A DNA stretch of 64,000 bases, taken from positions 58,962,001 to 59,026,000 of the forward strand of contig NC_043001.1 of NCBI RefSeq assembly GCF_006345805.1, given 5' to 3'. This document shows positions 12,281-24,790 of this stretch, piece by piece. Under the pieces are notes generated by a model. That model made no database searches, had not been told where the DNA came from, and was given only the letters and a program-made list of their open reading frames with translations. The position numbers and the translations under genes are program-made. Source of the stretch: Octopus sinensis. Its lineage: Eukaryota. Numbering within the stretch: the first letter of the stretch is position 1; the number at the start of each line of letters is the position of its first letter.

Positions 12281-13662
12281 ATCAATATTATCACAAAGCA
12301 TTTAGTTAGAAATGTGCAGTAACATCAAATGTGCTAGCGCTTCATTCGTATTGATTTTATTGATCACAGATATATACGGTCGCCTCATTATCATCCTCAT
12401 CCTCATTTTCATCAACAATAACAAAGGTAACTGTAATCAGAATCCACGAAATAAATAGATAACATCAGGTAATCAAAAAGATTACCCTGAAGAAAACTGT
12501 TGATGGCCTTTCGTCTCAAGAATAATTAAGCTCTGAGTTATATCCTTTGAACATTATGCAGACAATTTGAAATAAAATTGTATGGAAAATGGCCCCACTG
12601 AGTTAATATTCTCCAAAGGGAAAATTAAACCAGAATTATTTTACTCGAAGTCAGATCATTCTTTGTGTCTTCTCGTCAAACATGTACATTTCTTACAATC
12701 AAGGCTGAAAATATGTGAAACGAAATTGCCCACGATATTAATGTAAGAAAGGCGTTGTATATGAAACTCAAGATTGACACGGCAATTTAAAACTGGTGAA
12801 AAAGTACAAAATATAAACATTGTACAATTTTCCAATAGCACTTCATACGCAAAAAAATATCGAGGGAGAACATCATGACCACTGCCACTTGCATCGACCA
12901 ACTAATATATTGTGGAAGGCACATGAAGTAATATGCCATACACACCGACTAAACTTGTCCATTCGTATCATCGTTGGTTTGTCGACACCCCTACGCTGGA
13001 GCCTTCATTTTTCAACTTCATCGGCCGTAGCTTCTGTGAAATGTTCTCTAGAGAACTAATCGAAATGTTCACTTTCTTGGAGAAGCAGAGTATGTTAATA
13101 TTAATCTTCTTTCACCCTTGGAGAAATGACGAAAAGTAAAATTAAATTTGGACAAAATTTATGTCACACCATATATTCCATAGCTAGTCGATACATGTTT
13201 AAAACCTTTATTATTGCAAGTAAAATATTCTTGATGCTGCTGTTAAAACTTTTGCATGAAACGTCTAAGTTTATTTAATTTATTCATTCAAATAATATCA
13301 TTTTTATCATTTGATGAGGTGTATGTATAAGCCTATTTAACTGAGTATATTTTCTTTATATCTTGACTACATATTTGTTGCTAAATTAGATGATAGTGTA
13401 CTTGTGGATGACTTATGTTGTTTTAGCAGAAATCGTACTGGAAATCGTACTGGAAAGAACTGTACAGGCGTGAAAGTAATTATAATATGACTTTATAATA
13501 GATATTCTTTTCTTCACCCCAGGTTTTATGACAAAATCATTGTTTACGCAGGATTCCCTGTGTGAAAATAATCTGAAACGAATTTTTTTCATTCAGTAAA
13601 CGTGACAAACTTACTAATTACAACTGATCAAAAAGATGCACTTCCGTCTGTGGCAAATCAAT

Positions 13663-13807
13663 GAAGAAGAAGAAGAAGAAGAAGAAGAAGAAGAAGAAGA
13701 AGAAGAAGAAGAAGAAGAAGAAGAAGAAGAAGAAGAAGAAGAAGAAGAAGAAGAAGAAGAAGAAGAAGAAGAAGAAGAAGAAGAAGAAGAAGAAGAAGAA
13801 GAAGAAT
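13663..13807. repeat. Pure (GAA)n tract, ~48 units
   Basis: Uninterrupted GAA repeat. Confidence 0.98.
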
Positions 13808-14329
13808 CTACAAAGCTACATAAAAAAGCAGATGACACAAGCATTTAGATACAATGTACTAATAACGTGCAGGTGGTATAAAATATTTCATGATATAAGG
13901 AAAAAAAGATTTTTATTTATCTAGAAATACGCAATAATTACGTATTTAGAAACATATGCGATAGATAAAATAGGATTCACTTTATAACAAGAGCAACCCG
14001 TTTTTATATATTTGGTAAGTCCCACCACGGCCTATCAAAAAACAGCAGGATTTTGAATAGACATCCTGTTGAAATCATGCTTTTTTGACGCACAATTGTA
14101 GTTCCATCCAAACTAAAAGTAGAGAAGAAACCATCCACCCATTACCATTCATTTATAGATCAGTTAAAATATGTCATCGTAATTTATCAATAACGATATT
14201 TTTCTTATAAACATTGGAAGCTGATCCTATCTCTTACTCAATGTTGATATATCTCCAATGTTCGTATTATATTGTGAGCTGATCAATTGTTCATTGAGGG
14301 AAGAGCTGTGTACTTATTTTTCCTGGTGG

Positions 14330-16500
14330 AAAATGGTTTCTCTTCAATAGAAAGGTCATTGCACATCACTACCACATAAGCGAGTGACCTCCTAGCATAA
14401 GATGGACTCCTCGAAACAGGAGATGAACATCTCCTCTCACTTATACGTTGCATTATTTTAGTTTGGTTCCATAAGGCCTGTGTCTATTGCATTTACTTCT
14501 GAAATCTGCTGTATTATTGCTAATGTTCTCCACACATACCCTTTCCTACTTCCTGTCTCTAAAAGTTATGGTCTGTGGAAAAGGTTCCTTCACTTTCCTA
14601 GTCAGTCTGTCGAGCCGAGAAAGAAGGCAATTTGTCCAACATTGTCGGAATTGTACCTGTTGCTGCTTATAACGTAGGAACAGCTATTTAGTATCTTTTA
14701 TCACCAATTGTGTGGTGTCTAGTTTCCACGATTTGAATAATAAATCTACGAATATTTCGGTCGGTACCTACTTTTCTGTTCTTTCTTAGGGTTAATAGAT
14801 CTTTTGAAGGAGGAACCCCTACCTAGACGGACTGAAATGATATCTCTTGAAATCTTACTCCACGAGGGCTCCAGGTGGAGCTGGTTCGATGCGCAACATC
14901 AGATATTTCTGCTCTGTGAAGAAGTCTCTTTCATTAATATCCATTCGGTCTATAATACTGTCAACTGGTTGTTCTAAAATAATTACATTTTGTCTGCCAA
15001 TTTATTAGCTTTCTTGATGTTGCCGATTCCTGATTCTTATCAAATTCGGATCTTTCTCCATGATACGATGCATGAAGCACTCTATCTGGCCTTGTGAGAC
15101 GGTAAGCGCGTCCATTTTGGAGTTTAACGTCTTTATGTTGCCATGGCATGTCATCACTACTATGTTGCATTCTTTGTGTTTGTTCCTCACACTGGCTTTG
15201 TGAATTATAATAATGGTCAATCCCAAATTCCACCCATCGAAGGAGATTACTCTTCTGGATACTCGGGAGAATATCGCTGACTTGTATCACATAGTTTTAT
15301 CAGGTGGACTTAAGTGTCCGCCTTGTCGATGGGCTGACAATAAGTGTCACAGTGTTCGTTTGTTTGTTGATCCTTCATCATATCGAAATAAAATACTAAG
15401 TTTAACGTGTCAACAGTTAGTGTGAGACTTACTGACCGTTTCTAAGCCATTATACAGGTTGCTATATAGTGGGAGAGGCAGGGCCATTTTCCAGATTCTT
15501 CATCACCGAAAGGTGAGCGTTGAACGTGATGGAGTCGTGCGACTCTTAGTTGTCCACAAAGGCGAATCTGTGCTGTACATGTACTCATAGCCCTGGATCT
15601 GGTTAAGGATATGGATAAAGTAGATTGTGAATCTTGACATGAGCCAGCCTGCTCTCTCAGTTGGTATTGGTTTAGGAACTATCTACAAAAGAAAATGTAC
15701 ATAAGAAGCCTAATTGGTTGGCAGTTCTTGATGTTGGCAGTGTCAACCCTCTTAAGTAGACTGACTACAGAAATATGCTTACAGTGGTGAGGATCTCATC
15801 CATCACCGAGACCTAGAACAGCTTGATGAAAACTTAGAGTGTGTTCTCCGTCCTCGTGAATAATAGCTGCCGAGATGACGTCTTGCTTTCATCAAGTGGT
15901 GGGAACACTTATTTCAGATTTTAGGATGGCAGGAGGGGAAAGTGTTTTGTCTTTTGTTTACTTAGAATTGTTTCACCACATCAGCTAGTTTAGATGTTTG
16001 TTAAAATATCTTTCATCGTTCTTTAGGACAATGAAGTTATTTCTCATCCCGAACTACTGATCCTTCTTTTTGACTTTAGACCTCAGTTGTGTTATACAGT
16101 CTTCAGCTTTAGTCGTTCATCTTTGTTGATAACATCTTCCGTTATTCGGCGTCTCAGGGCTCTGTAGAGCTCGGCGTATACGGAGTGCTAAATGTCTTTT
16201 CTGCCTCTCCTTATCAACCGACAATCCTCCCTCGGTGATATTGTTAAGGCTTAGTAGATTATCGCTTACAGTGGTCTCCACTTCTGTACCCATGATGTTG
16301 TTATCTATAGTGTTTCAATATAGATTTGGTGGTTTATCTGTTAGGATGCTGTGGTTTTCAGGGTTACTCGTCTCTCGCCCACTGGCATTTAGACAATGCT
16401 AAGCCGGTCGATAAATCGAGGTGATTCACTTTTTGGGTGGGCTAATGTGTCTTACACTCTTCAATGCCGTGCTGATGACATCTACAGCAGTGGTCTAATC
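14330..16500 (-). mobile_element. Old RTE/RTEX-type LINE, heavily decayed
   Basis: Minus-strand motifs in order: YAELYRALRRRITEDV; SVVSLLKRVDTANIKNCQPIRLL (KGD..IKNYRPI-like); REQAG; IHILNQ; FAFVDN*ESHDSITFNA (FVDYEKAFDSV-like); possible C-terminal HLLF..PSY knuckle near 14400. Confidence 0.72.
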
Positions 16501-16873
16501 TGAGATCATTTTGTATTCTGATAGACTTATAAAACCTTCTTTATACATGGTGCTTTCTAATACCTATAAATCACCGAAAGTAGTGTAGTTGACCACCTGT
16601 CCATATAATGTTTCAAAATTCCTCATAGGTAATGATCAGCGTTTTACTCGAAAACTGTTATGTTAATTCATATTGTCCTTTATCCCATGTAGTTCCTTAT
16701 CAATTTCTGTGTAACAATGTCACATAAAGACTGAGCTTGTTCTCTTGCACTATTATTAACTTTGAAAACCAGTACTATACCATAATCACTTCCTTACATG
16801 ATGCTGATCTTACTCAAATTGTACTTTAAAAAATACAAACACAGCACCCCTGAATTTGAAAAGACCATTTTAG

Positions 16874-18013
16874 GGTCAATATACAGCCTACTACGTGTAA
16901 AATAGGTGTAGAAAACATATATGAAGACAAAAATTTGCGCAAACGAACGGGGGGAGGGTGAGGACTTTCGGAAAATTAACAAGATCTGATTTTCCCTCAT
17001 AATTTTAAGGAAAATATATATACATTAATGAAATGTTTATAGAAAAATCTTGGAAAATGTTTTCCGAATTGATGGGGAGAGGACTGTCGGCAAATTCACA
17101 TGATCCGTTTGTTTCTTCCCCTCATAAGTTTCAGGAACTAGTTCAGCGCCGGTCAAGAAACGAAAAAAAGACTAGTCTAATAAGTGTACAAAAACATGTA
17201 GAAAACGATTATGAAAGTAAAAATTTGAACAAAGGAACTGGGGGTGGGTCGGGAGAGTACTTTCGGAAAATTCACACGGTCCGATTTTTTCCCTCATAAC
17301 TTTCAGGAAAATGTTTATCTTTCAATGAAATTTACAGTAACACCTTTCAAAAAGCAGATATTACAATTTTAAAGAAATTTCTTGGGAAAATATTTTCCAA
17401 AGGAATGAGGAGAAGACTGTCTGAATTTTCAGAAAGCTTCTCATCACCCACTAAACGTTCATTTGCGCAAATTTTTGTTTTCATATTCGTTTTCTACACG
17501 TTTTTGTACATCTGTAAGATTGGTTTTTTTTTCCTTTTGGTGACTGGGCGCTAAACTAGGTCCTAAAAGTTATAAGGGAAAAAAACGGATTGTGTGAAAT
17601 TTCCGAAAGCGCTCTCCCACACTTTCGGGAAGCATTTTTCCCAGAAATTTCTTTATAGTCGTAATCTATGCTGATTGAAATGTGTTTCTGTAAAATTTCA
17701 TTAAAAGATATCCATTTTCCTGAAAGTTATGAAGGAAAAATTATCTCCTTACTCCTTCGGAAAACATTTTCCTCAGAAATTTCTTTTTAGTTGTAATGTG
17801 TGCCATTTGAAAGGTATGCCTATAAAATTTCATTAATATATATCCATTATCTTTAAAGTTATGAGGGGAAAATAGGGTCTTGTGAATTTTCCGTAAGTCC
17901 GCTCCGTTTGCACAAATTTTTGTTTACATATTCGCTTTCTACACATTTTTTACACCTAGCAGGCTGGGTTTCTTTTTCGTTTTCCTGAGCGTGGCTTAAA
18001 CTGTATATTGACC
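16874..18013. mobile_element. Foldback-type element with long modular inverted arms
   Basis: Ends GGTCAATATACAG / CTGTATATTGACC. Left-arm modules (TGTAGAAAAC..ATGAA..CAAAAATTTG; TTTCGGAAAATTCACA..TTTTCCCTCATAACTTTCAGGAAAAT) recur inverted to the right of ~17440. Confidence 0.85.
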
Positions 18014-18599
18014 GTTTGTAGATTCACATTTTTTCTGAGTATTGTTGATGACTTCAATATCAACAGTATTTATTTCCATAGCATAATCTTTATTTGATTT
18101 CGTGTTTTCAAGTAAACACTCCATATCAGATATGCTTTTTGGGAATCACAGACAAAATGTTTAAAATGGATATCTATTTGAAACAATTTTGTCTGCAAAT
18201 AGATGAGTGTGTGTGTGTGGTGTGTGTGTGTGTGTGTGTGTGTGTGAGCTTGCATCGGTTTGTGCGCGCGCGCACGAACACGTGTGTTTGTGTGCGTATG
18301 TGTTAATGTTTTCAGTATTACTAAAAGTATAAAATTATGTCGACGCATTCTCTCTGCATTGTACGTGACACACTTACAAAGGTTAATTACGAAATCAATA
18401 TTTGTTGGATATTTTTCCTATTCTAAAAATTTCGATTGAAATACAAAATCTCAAAGGTAAATGAGATTTTCTCGATCAGTTCTTTAAAAATATTCCTCAT
18501 TCTGAATGTAGATTATTGCCAGTTCGGTAATAATATTCAGCAACCAAAAAAGCAGTAACAAAATGAACTATAACAATAATAATAATTGTCATAATTATC

Positions 18600-18696
18600 C
18601 TTTCGACGCCAGGCACAGAACTTGAAATCTTGAAAAGGGATCCGGGTGAGACATGGAGCCAACTTGTACAAATACAAAGCAAAAGTCAAACATTAA
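18600..18696 (+). mobile_element. 3' tip of an R4/Dong LINE in a TAA tract
   Basis: GGGTGAGACATGGAGCCAACTTGTACAAATACAAAGCAAAAGTCAAACAT matches the 3' UTR at 60265-60316 and is followed by (TAA)n. Confidence 0.8.
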
Positions 18697-18767
18697 ATAA
18701 TAATAATAATAACAACAACAACAACAACAACAACAATAATGATAATAATAATGATGATGATAATAAA

Positions 18768-19025
18768 TCTGATGCAATCCCAGACATTGGCTTCCATGGC
18801 TTCTGATCTTGACGGATTGGAGGTGTTATCATGTATATTGTTTTGTCTTGGTATAAAAGATGGGTTACAACAAATATTATGCTCAATACCACAGATTTAC
18901 TTGTCAGTTGTTTGACCATAAATAGTTAAACATTTCCGTAGTGGCTGACGATATGTGCTCTCTGATCACGAGCAGGAATATTGGGAGAGCATCATAGCCA
19001 TGAGTTGAGAGGAATGCTTTGGTGA
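18768..19025 (-). mobile_element. Family A repeat, copy 2
   Basis: Reverse complement aligns with ~2840-3100. Confidence 0.85.
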
Positions 19026-19144
19026 TCACTTTGATGGAATGCACAGCTTTCTCATTCAATAATAATAATAATGATGATGATGATGGTACGGCCTAGACAG
19101 AGTCTTCAGTTAAGGCTATGTGAAAAGTACCGCCGGAACCGAGC

Positions 19145-19712
19145 TTTCACAGAAGGATATGTGAAATATACGGCCTAGACAAAGCACGGAAATGGTACGA
19201 AGATAAACGAGAAGGAGTCATCAAGAAAAAAGAATATAAGACACTATGGAATTTTACTGTCAAGTGTGACTCCCTCATCAATACTCGGAGACCAGATAAT
19301 GTTGTGGTAGATAAGGGCAAAAAAGAAACCAAGATTTTAGATATTGCAATACCTGGGGATGCACGCATAAATGACAAAGAACTAGAAAATATTGAAAAGT
19401 ACAAACTACTAAAAGACGCAATTGCAGGAATGTGGATTATGAGGAGAGTGTCTCTCATCCCAGTAGTTGTAGGGGCGCTCGGAGCACTAACCGCCCAGTT
19501 CGAGAAATATGTCAGGGAGAAATCAGAATAGACATCACAGCAGAGATAGCACAAAAAGTGCTTTGCAAGGGATAGCTATGATTTTGAGACTGGTGCTTGG
19601 ATGCTGAACTTCTTCCACGATAATAAAAAACCAAGTATGAAAGCTTGCATGTGCAGAAAGTGACACCCTGTGAGACATCTGACTACAGGTTGCTATCCGT
19701 TCTCATAAGATC
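19145..19712 (+). mobile_element. R4/Dong-clade LINE, C-terminal restriction-like endonuclease and 3' UTR
   Basis: KWYEDKREGV..LWNFTVKCD..RRPDNVVVDK..ILDIAIPGD..KELENIEKY..IPVVVGALG (PD..D..KxxKY REL motif). Confidence 0.9.
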
Positions 19713-19717
19713 ATCTG

Positions 19718-19900
19718 AAATTTGGTTGATGGGACTAGTCGATTGTGTCGACCCCAGTCCTAAACTGGTACTTATTTAGTCGACTTCGAAATGACGAAAG
19801 GCAAAGTCGATCGCGGCGTAATTTGAACTCGGAACGTAGAGACAAACGAAATACCGCTAAGCATTGTGCCCGGCGTGGTAATGTTTCTGCCAGCTCGTTA
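19718..19900 (-). mobile_element. tRNA-derived SINE (family of 22690-22922)
   Basis: Minus strand: CGAGCTGGCAGAAAC head, GAGTTCAAATT B box, GTCGACTTTGCCTTTC core. Confidence 0.88.
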
Positions 19901-19907
19901 CCTTCGT

Positions 19908-20121
19908 GATGATGATGAGGAGGAGGAGGAGGAGGAATAGGAGGAGGAGGAGGAGGAGGAGGAGGAGGAGAAGGAGGGGATGGGGGAGGAGGAGGAGGAG
20001 AAGGAGGGGATGGGTAGGAGGAGGAGGATGAGGAGGAGAAGAAGAAGAAGAAGAAGAAGAAGAAGAAGAAGAAGAAGAAGAAGAAGAAGAAGAAGAAGAA
20101 GAAGAAGGAGGAGGAGGAGAA
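19908..20121. repeat. (GGA)n/(GAA)n purine microsatellite
   Basis: Directly visible. Confidence 0.96.
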
Positions 20122-20279
20122 TGGTTTGATAGTCGTAAGAAGTTGATAACACCGAAGCCAGTACTTGGCTAATATTTATTTTATTAACCAATTGCTGGAT
20201 CCATCCTAAATGAGAGGTCTGCCGGGCAACAAGTCAGCAATGCCTGAAAATTGACCGAGTGTATGCAGAACTATTTCCT

Positions 20280-21197
20280 CGTTCAGTGCATCTTGGGCAG
20301 GCTCGGTTAACCACAATTGCTGTATAGACAATCCTGAACCAATTTCATTCTCCGTTCATGCATTTCTAGAAGATACCCATGGGCCCCGGCCTGAAAGCCT
20401 TCGAGAAAAAAACCAGATAAATAATTTTCATGGATGTCCAGAGTTTCCCAATGGAGTTGTCACTCTTAGTAACCCTTAATCTTTTATTGAACAGTAAGGC
20501 GGAATGTCCACCAGCAGCGTTTTTCTGTTAGGAAGAGGCTCTGAGAACCTCATAGCACTCAAAGTACTCCAGGCCTGCAAATCTATCAAAGAGACGAACT
20601 TCAGAAAAACACGTATAACAAGTGTCCTCGTCATGACAGAAAGGCTGGAGGTGTCGCAGGATTAATGCATGTTTCTGTGTTATTAGCCATGGCATTCCCA
20701 TTCTTCATCTCAGCAGATGCTGACAGCCAATAAAACATCTGATAAGCTGGCGCGACCTTTCCGCCAGAAGAGGAAGAGCAAGTATTTCTTTCTTGCCTGC
20801 TCAGGCAGTAATGGATAACCTTTCACTGATAGTTTCTTTTGAGTCTATTTCTGAGTGAGACTAAACACCCTGCTTGTAACTTCTTCCTAGTTATTATCCA
20901 TCTAAGGTTTGGACCTTACGAAATAGTGGCTCTAGAAGTAAAACATACAGAAGCGAAGAGCGGGGGCATCCTAAACAGATACTAACTAGACGTATGACTG
21001 TGATTCAACCACGAGATTTACAACCCATTAGGTAACAGGTTGACTCAAAATCTTTAAAACCGCATTTAGTTGACTTATAGCCCTGAAGTTGTTAAAATCA
21101 TATTACGCCATTGCCTCCCATATTTCGTCAGCTACTATTAGTCTTTTACAAAAACCTGTTCCCCCGTCGGGAGCCGCATCAGGTCGTCGATGTTGTA
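20280..21197 (-). mobile_element. Possible very old CRE-clade non-LTR remnant
   Basis: Scattered motifs in the expected order across frames: YNIDDL, LGCP, LALP, LLAVS, ETL, and AIVVNRAC near the end. Weak. Confidence 0.35.
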
Positions 21198-21212
21198 ATA
21201 ATAATAATAATA

Positions 21213-21264
<52 letters not shown>

Positions 21265-21399
21265 TAATAGGCCACAATAATTTCACATGCATTACGAGGT
21301 CAGGTCGGTCATGAGGGGAAACTGAAAACTAACGACGGAAGCGATATATGTGTCTGTCCTGAAGTTTCGAAGATAGATTCATCTCTCTATATATATCTT

Positions 21400-22320
21400 A
21401 ATAAATCTGACCATCTTACTTGTCAGTTCATCTCATTTTTTTTCTACCTGGAGGTCAGGACCAATAGATGCGTGAGATATATAATTTGTCTCTCTGTCTA
21501 GTGTCTGTGATACAGCATTTATGTTCATTTTGATGACGACGTTGTGTTTATAATCCAGAATTGTTCCTCCAAATTCAAGTTCGTATGGGATGTCTCTCTA
21601 TGTTTCTATTTACGTTTATAGTAGCTTAATAACATGCATGAGAAATGAAGAACGTGATAGACCGAGAACATGATACTGAATATTTCTGATAGGTGACACT
21701 CTGATAGGTGAATATTTCTGATAGGTGAATATTTCTGATAGGTGATTTCTGATAGATAACGCCAGAAGATCCACTGTGAAGTTTGGGACCGAAAGTACAG
21801 TATGGCTGCCATTAATACTGTCATACTCTCTTATCAAATTCATTTGATTGATTAGATTTAGTCAGAATCCCAAAAGTGTCAAGCATTTTATTGAACAGCA
21901 ACTCTCTGGCGTGTTTGAGTAGTGCGTTTTCTTCAAACTTCTGCAGCCCTTCCGAGAGAATGAATTCTAATTCACTCGCAATACCATAAGTATAGAAACA
22001 TGGTTTTCGTCTTCACCGTAGTTCTTAAATTCCTTCTCACGTTATATATCATGATCCAAAATTTAGCAATCGCTTTATGGTTTTCAGTAGTTTAAGTGAT
22101 GGGCAGCTATTTACCTCTGTTGCTCGGCTTCACTTCTTACTCGATCCTCTGTTTGAAACTTTATTCATAATGATAACTGTGACTCGACAAAGAAGAATAC
22201 ATAAGTTCGAGCCAACCTCCTCCATTGGAGGTTTTGGGAACAAAAGTAGAAATTATAAGACTTTAGAAATACAGAGATATGTTCCATTCATCCTCTCTCG
22301 CATTCTTCTGCTATGGTTTC
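21400..22320 (-). mobile_element. Decayed Penelope (Poseidon-like) RT remnant
   Basis: ALLKHARELLFNK (IIxHARKSLLF-like), FD..SINGS (FDVTMGSYDG-like), TILDY and NYISHAS in the expected order, with many disruptions. Confidence 0.45.
21677..21756 (+). repeat. 17-bp tandem repeat, ~5 units
   Basis: GAATATTTCTGATAGGT units, two of them shortened. Confidence 0.9.
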
Positions 22321-22529
22321 ATTCAAAATAATTTGTTGCATGATACACCTGATTTTTTGTTTCTTTTTTTTTCCTTTGAAGTTACATGCTGATAAAAAAA
22401 AAGGTGGCTACACTGTTAGTGCTGTTATTGACATTATGTATTGCAGAAATGCTTTTGCGAATGGAGTAAAGAATTACTGCTTGTTGGAAAATTTGTCGTT
22501 GGAATGTTTCAATTTAATATTGATTTAAG

Positions 22530-22690
22530 ATTCTGGCACAAAGCCAGCAATTTCAAGGGAAGGATTAAATCGATCACATCGACCTCAATGCCCTACTACT
22601 GATGATTATTTTCTCGACCTCGAAGGGATGAATTTGAAAGCTGACCTCTGCGGACGTTAAACTCAGATTGTAAAGACGGAATAAATACCT
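22530..22690 (-). mobile_element. Older SINE copy, truncated by the next SINE
   Basis: GGCACAAAGCCAGCAATTTC..TCGATCACATCGACC..AACTCAGA on the plus strand. Confidence 0.75.
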
Positions 22691-22922
22691 ATTTCTTTAC
22701 TACCCACAAGGGGCTAAACATAGAGAGGACAAACAAGGAAAGACAAACGGATTAAGTCGATTACATCGACTCCAGTGCGTAACTGGTACTTAATTTATCG
22801 ACCCCGAAAGGATGAAAGGCAAAGTCGACCTCGGCAGAATTTAAACTCAGAACGTAACGGCAGACGAAATACCGCTAAGCATTTCGCCCGGCGTGCTAAC
22901 GTTTCTGCCAGATCACTGCCTT
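22690..22922 (-). mobile_element. Young tRNA-derived SINE
   Basis: Minus strand: AGGCAGTGATCTGGCAGAAACGTTAGCACGCCGGGCGAAATGCTTAGCGG..CTGAGTTTAAATTCTGCCGAGGTCGACTTTGCCTTTCATCCTTTCGGGGTCGATAAATTAAGTACCAG. At least seven related copies occur in the window. Confidence 0.92.
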
Positions 22923-22964
22923 ATGGTTCACTGTAATATTACTGAGTATCAAAATACGATAATT

Positions 22965-23165
22965 TGGCAAAATCATTAGCACACCGAGAAAAATGCTCAG
23001 TGGCATTTCGTTCGTCTTTATATTCTGAATTCAAATTCCAACGGGTTTGTCTTTGCTTTTCACCCTTTCAGAGTCTATGAAATAAGTACCAATTGATCAT
23101 TGGGGTCAATGTAATCAACTTACCCTAATTCCCGGACTTACGGGCCTTGTGCCAAAATTTGAAGC
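22965..23165 (+). mobile_element. Same SINE family, opposite orientation
   Basis: TGGCAAAATCATTAGCACACCG..TTCTGAATTCAAATTCC..TTTGCTTTTCACCCTTTC..AATAAGTACC..GGGGTCAATGTAATC. Confidence 0.85.
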
Positions 23166-23645
23166 TAACATTACTGAGTATAAAGGTGCAATTAGTTTTA
23201 ATAGATTTATAAGGCTTCTACAGTGTACAGCGTGTAATTTTTGGAGTAAAGCCATTTTGTATAAATAGATAATCATTTGGGAAATAATTTTTGTGTGTTC
23301 AAACTTAAATAGACCGTATTCTTTTAAAATAACTTAGTCACAGTCACACACATTTGTTTCTGGTTATTATCACGTCTCAAGTAAATGAGGCCATGTTGAA
23401 AATGACTTCGTACGCAAATTTTTAAAAACAATTTAAAATGGTATTCAAAGCACATCTGTCTACCTCAGGTTTTCAGGTAGACGTGTCGATAATTCGCTGA
23501 TCTCTGTAAAATAAACCCCACCCCTGTCAAAAAAAAAATTAGTGAAAACCTGTCAATATCTCAGAAATCTTCCTAGAGTCTTCTACCATATGCGACAGTT
23601 GCAAAGCAAATAATATAAACAGCAACAACACCAAACACAACAATA

Positions 23646-23693
<48 letters not shown>

Positions 23694-24463
23694 TTTTAAT
23701 AATATACCAATAAATATAATGATCAGAAGAGTAATTTATATAACTTTATGCAATTTGATTTAAGACTGCGTCAAATATTTCAAACTTGAAAGGAATATCC
23801 GAAAATTAATGAGGAAAATCTCCAATGAAAAATATTGTGGTGTTGGTATTTGTTATTTGTCATTGTTGTTTGTTATTGATGATTGATATTGTTGATGTTG
23901 TTATTTCTTTACAAATTTGAATTCGGCGAATGTTATAAGGAAAGATGAAATATCGATAACGCTTCCTTTTTTACTTGCAAATTGTTAAGTTTATTTCGAT
24001 TGTTATTATTGTTGTTGTTATCTATTATTATTGTTATTATATTTTTATTATTGTTGTAGATGTTTCTATGACATTATTATTAATATTACCATTTTTTCTT
24101 AGTACTGCTACTCTTGCTATTGTTACTAGTACAATATGGCTGCTGATGTTGTTGATGTTACTATTATCTAGAAATAATAAAATTATATCAAATCGAAGTG
24201 AAAGAAAACAATATTGGCAGTAGCAGCATCAACGATGTCATTGAACAGTTTTTTTTTATTTCAATAATTATATTTTATTTTATATTCATATATTTTATTC
24301 CATTTTATTGAATATTTCAACTTGTTTTCCATCATTTATTACTATTACATTTGATTTGTAGTTCTTGTTTTTGTTCGTTTATTATTCGATTTTATCTATG
24401 TATTATATATACGCGTATTAAATATTACAAGGTATGTATATACCTTATGATATGTAATACGCG

Positions 24464-24464
<1 letters not shown>

Positions 24465-24551
<87 letters not shown>

Positions 24552-24634
24552 ATATATAAAGACACACACCCAGTCACACACGCACACATACACCACACAT
24601 ATGTATGCATAATATAAATATATATATATATATA

Positions 24635-24670
<36 letters not shown>

Positions 24671-24702
24671 ATTTTCATTTGTATATGTTTGTATTCATAT
24701 TA

Positions 24703-24754
<52 letters not shown>

Positions 24755-24790
24755 GTATATGTATATAGGTATGTATGTATATATACTCTT
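24465..24790. repeat. (TA)n/(GT)n microsatellite field
   Basis: Directly visible. Confidence 0.95.

Noticed and set aside
11237-13924. Poly-K/E/S/G ORFs
   Set aside because: They arise from GAA/GGA trinucleotide repeats, with no coding context.
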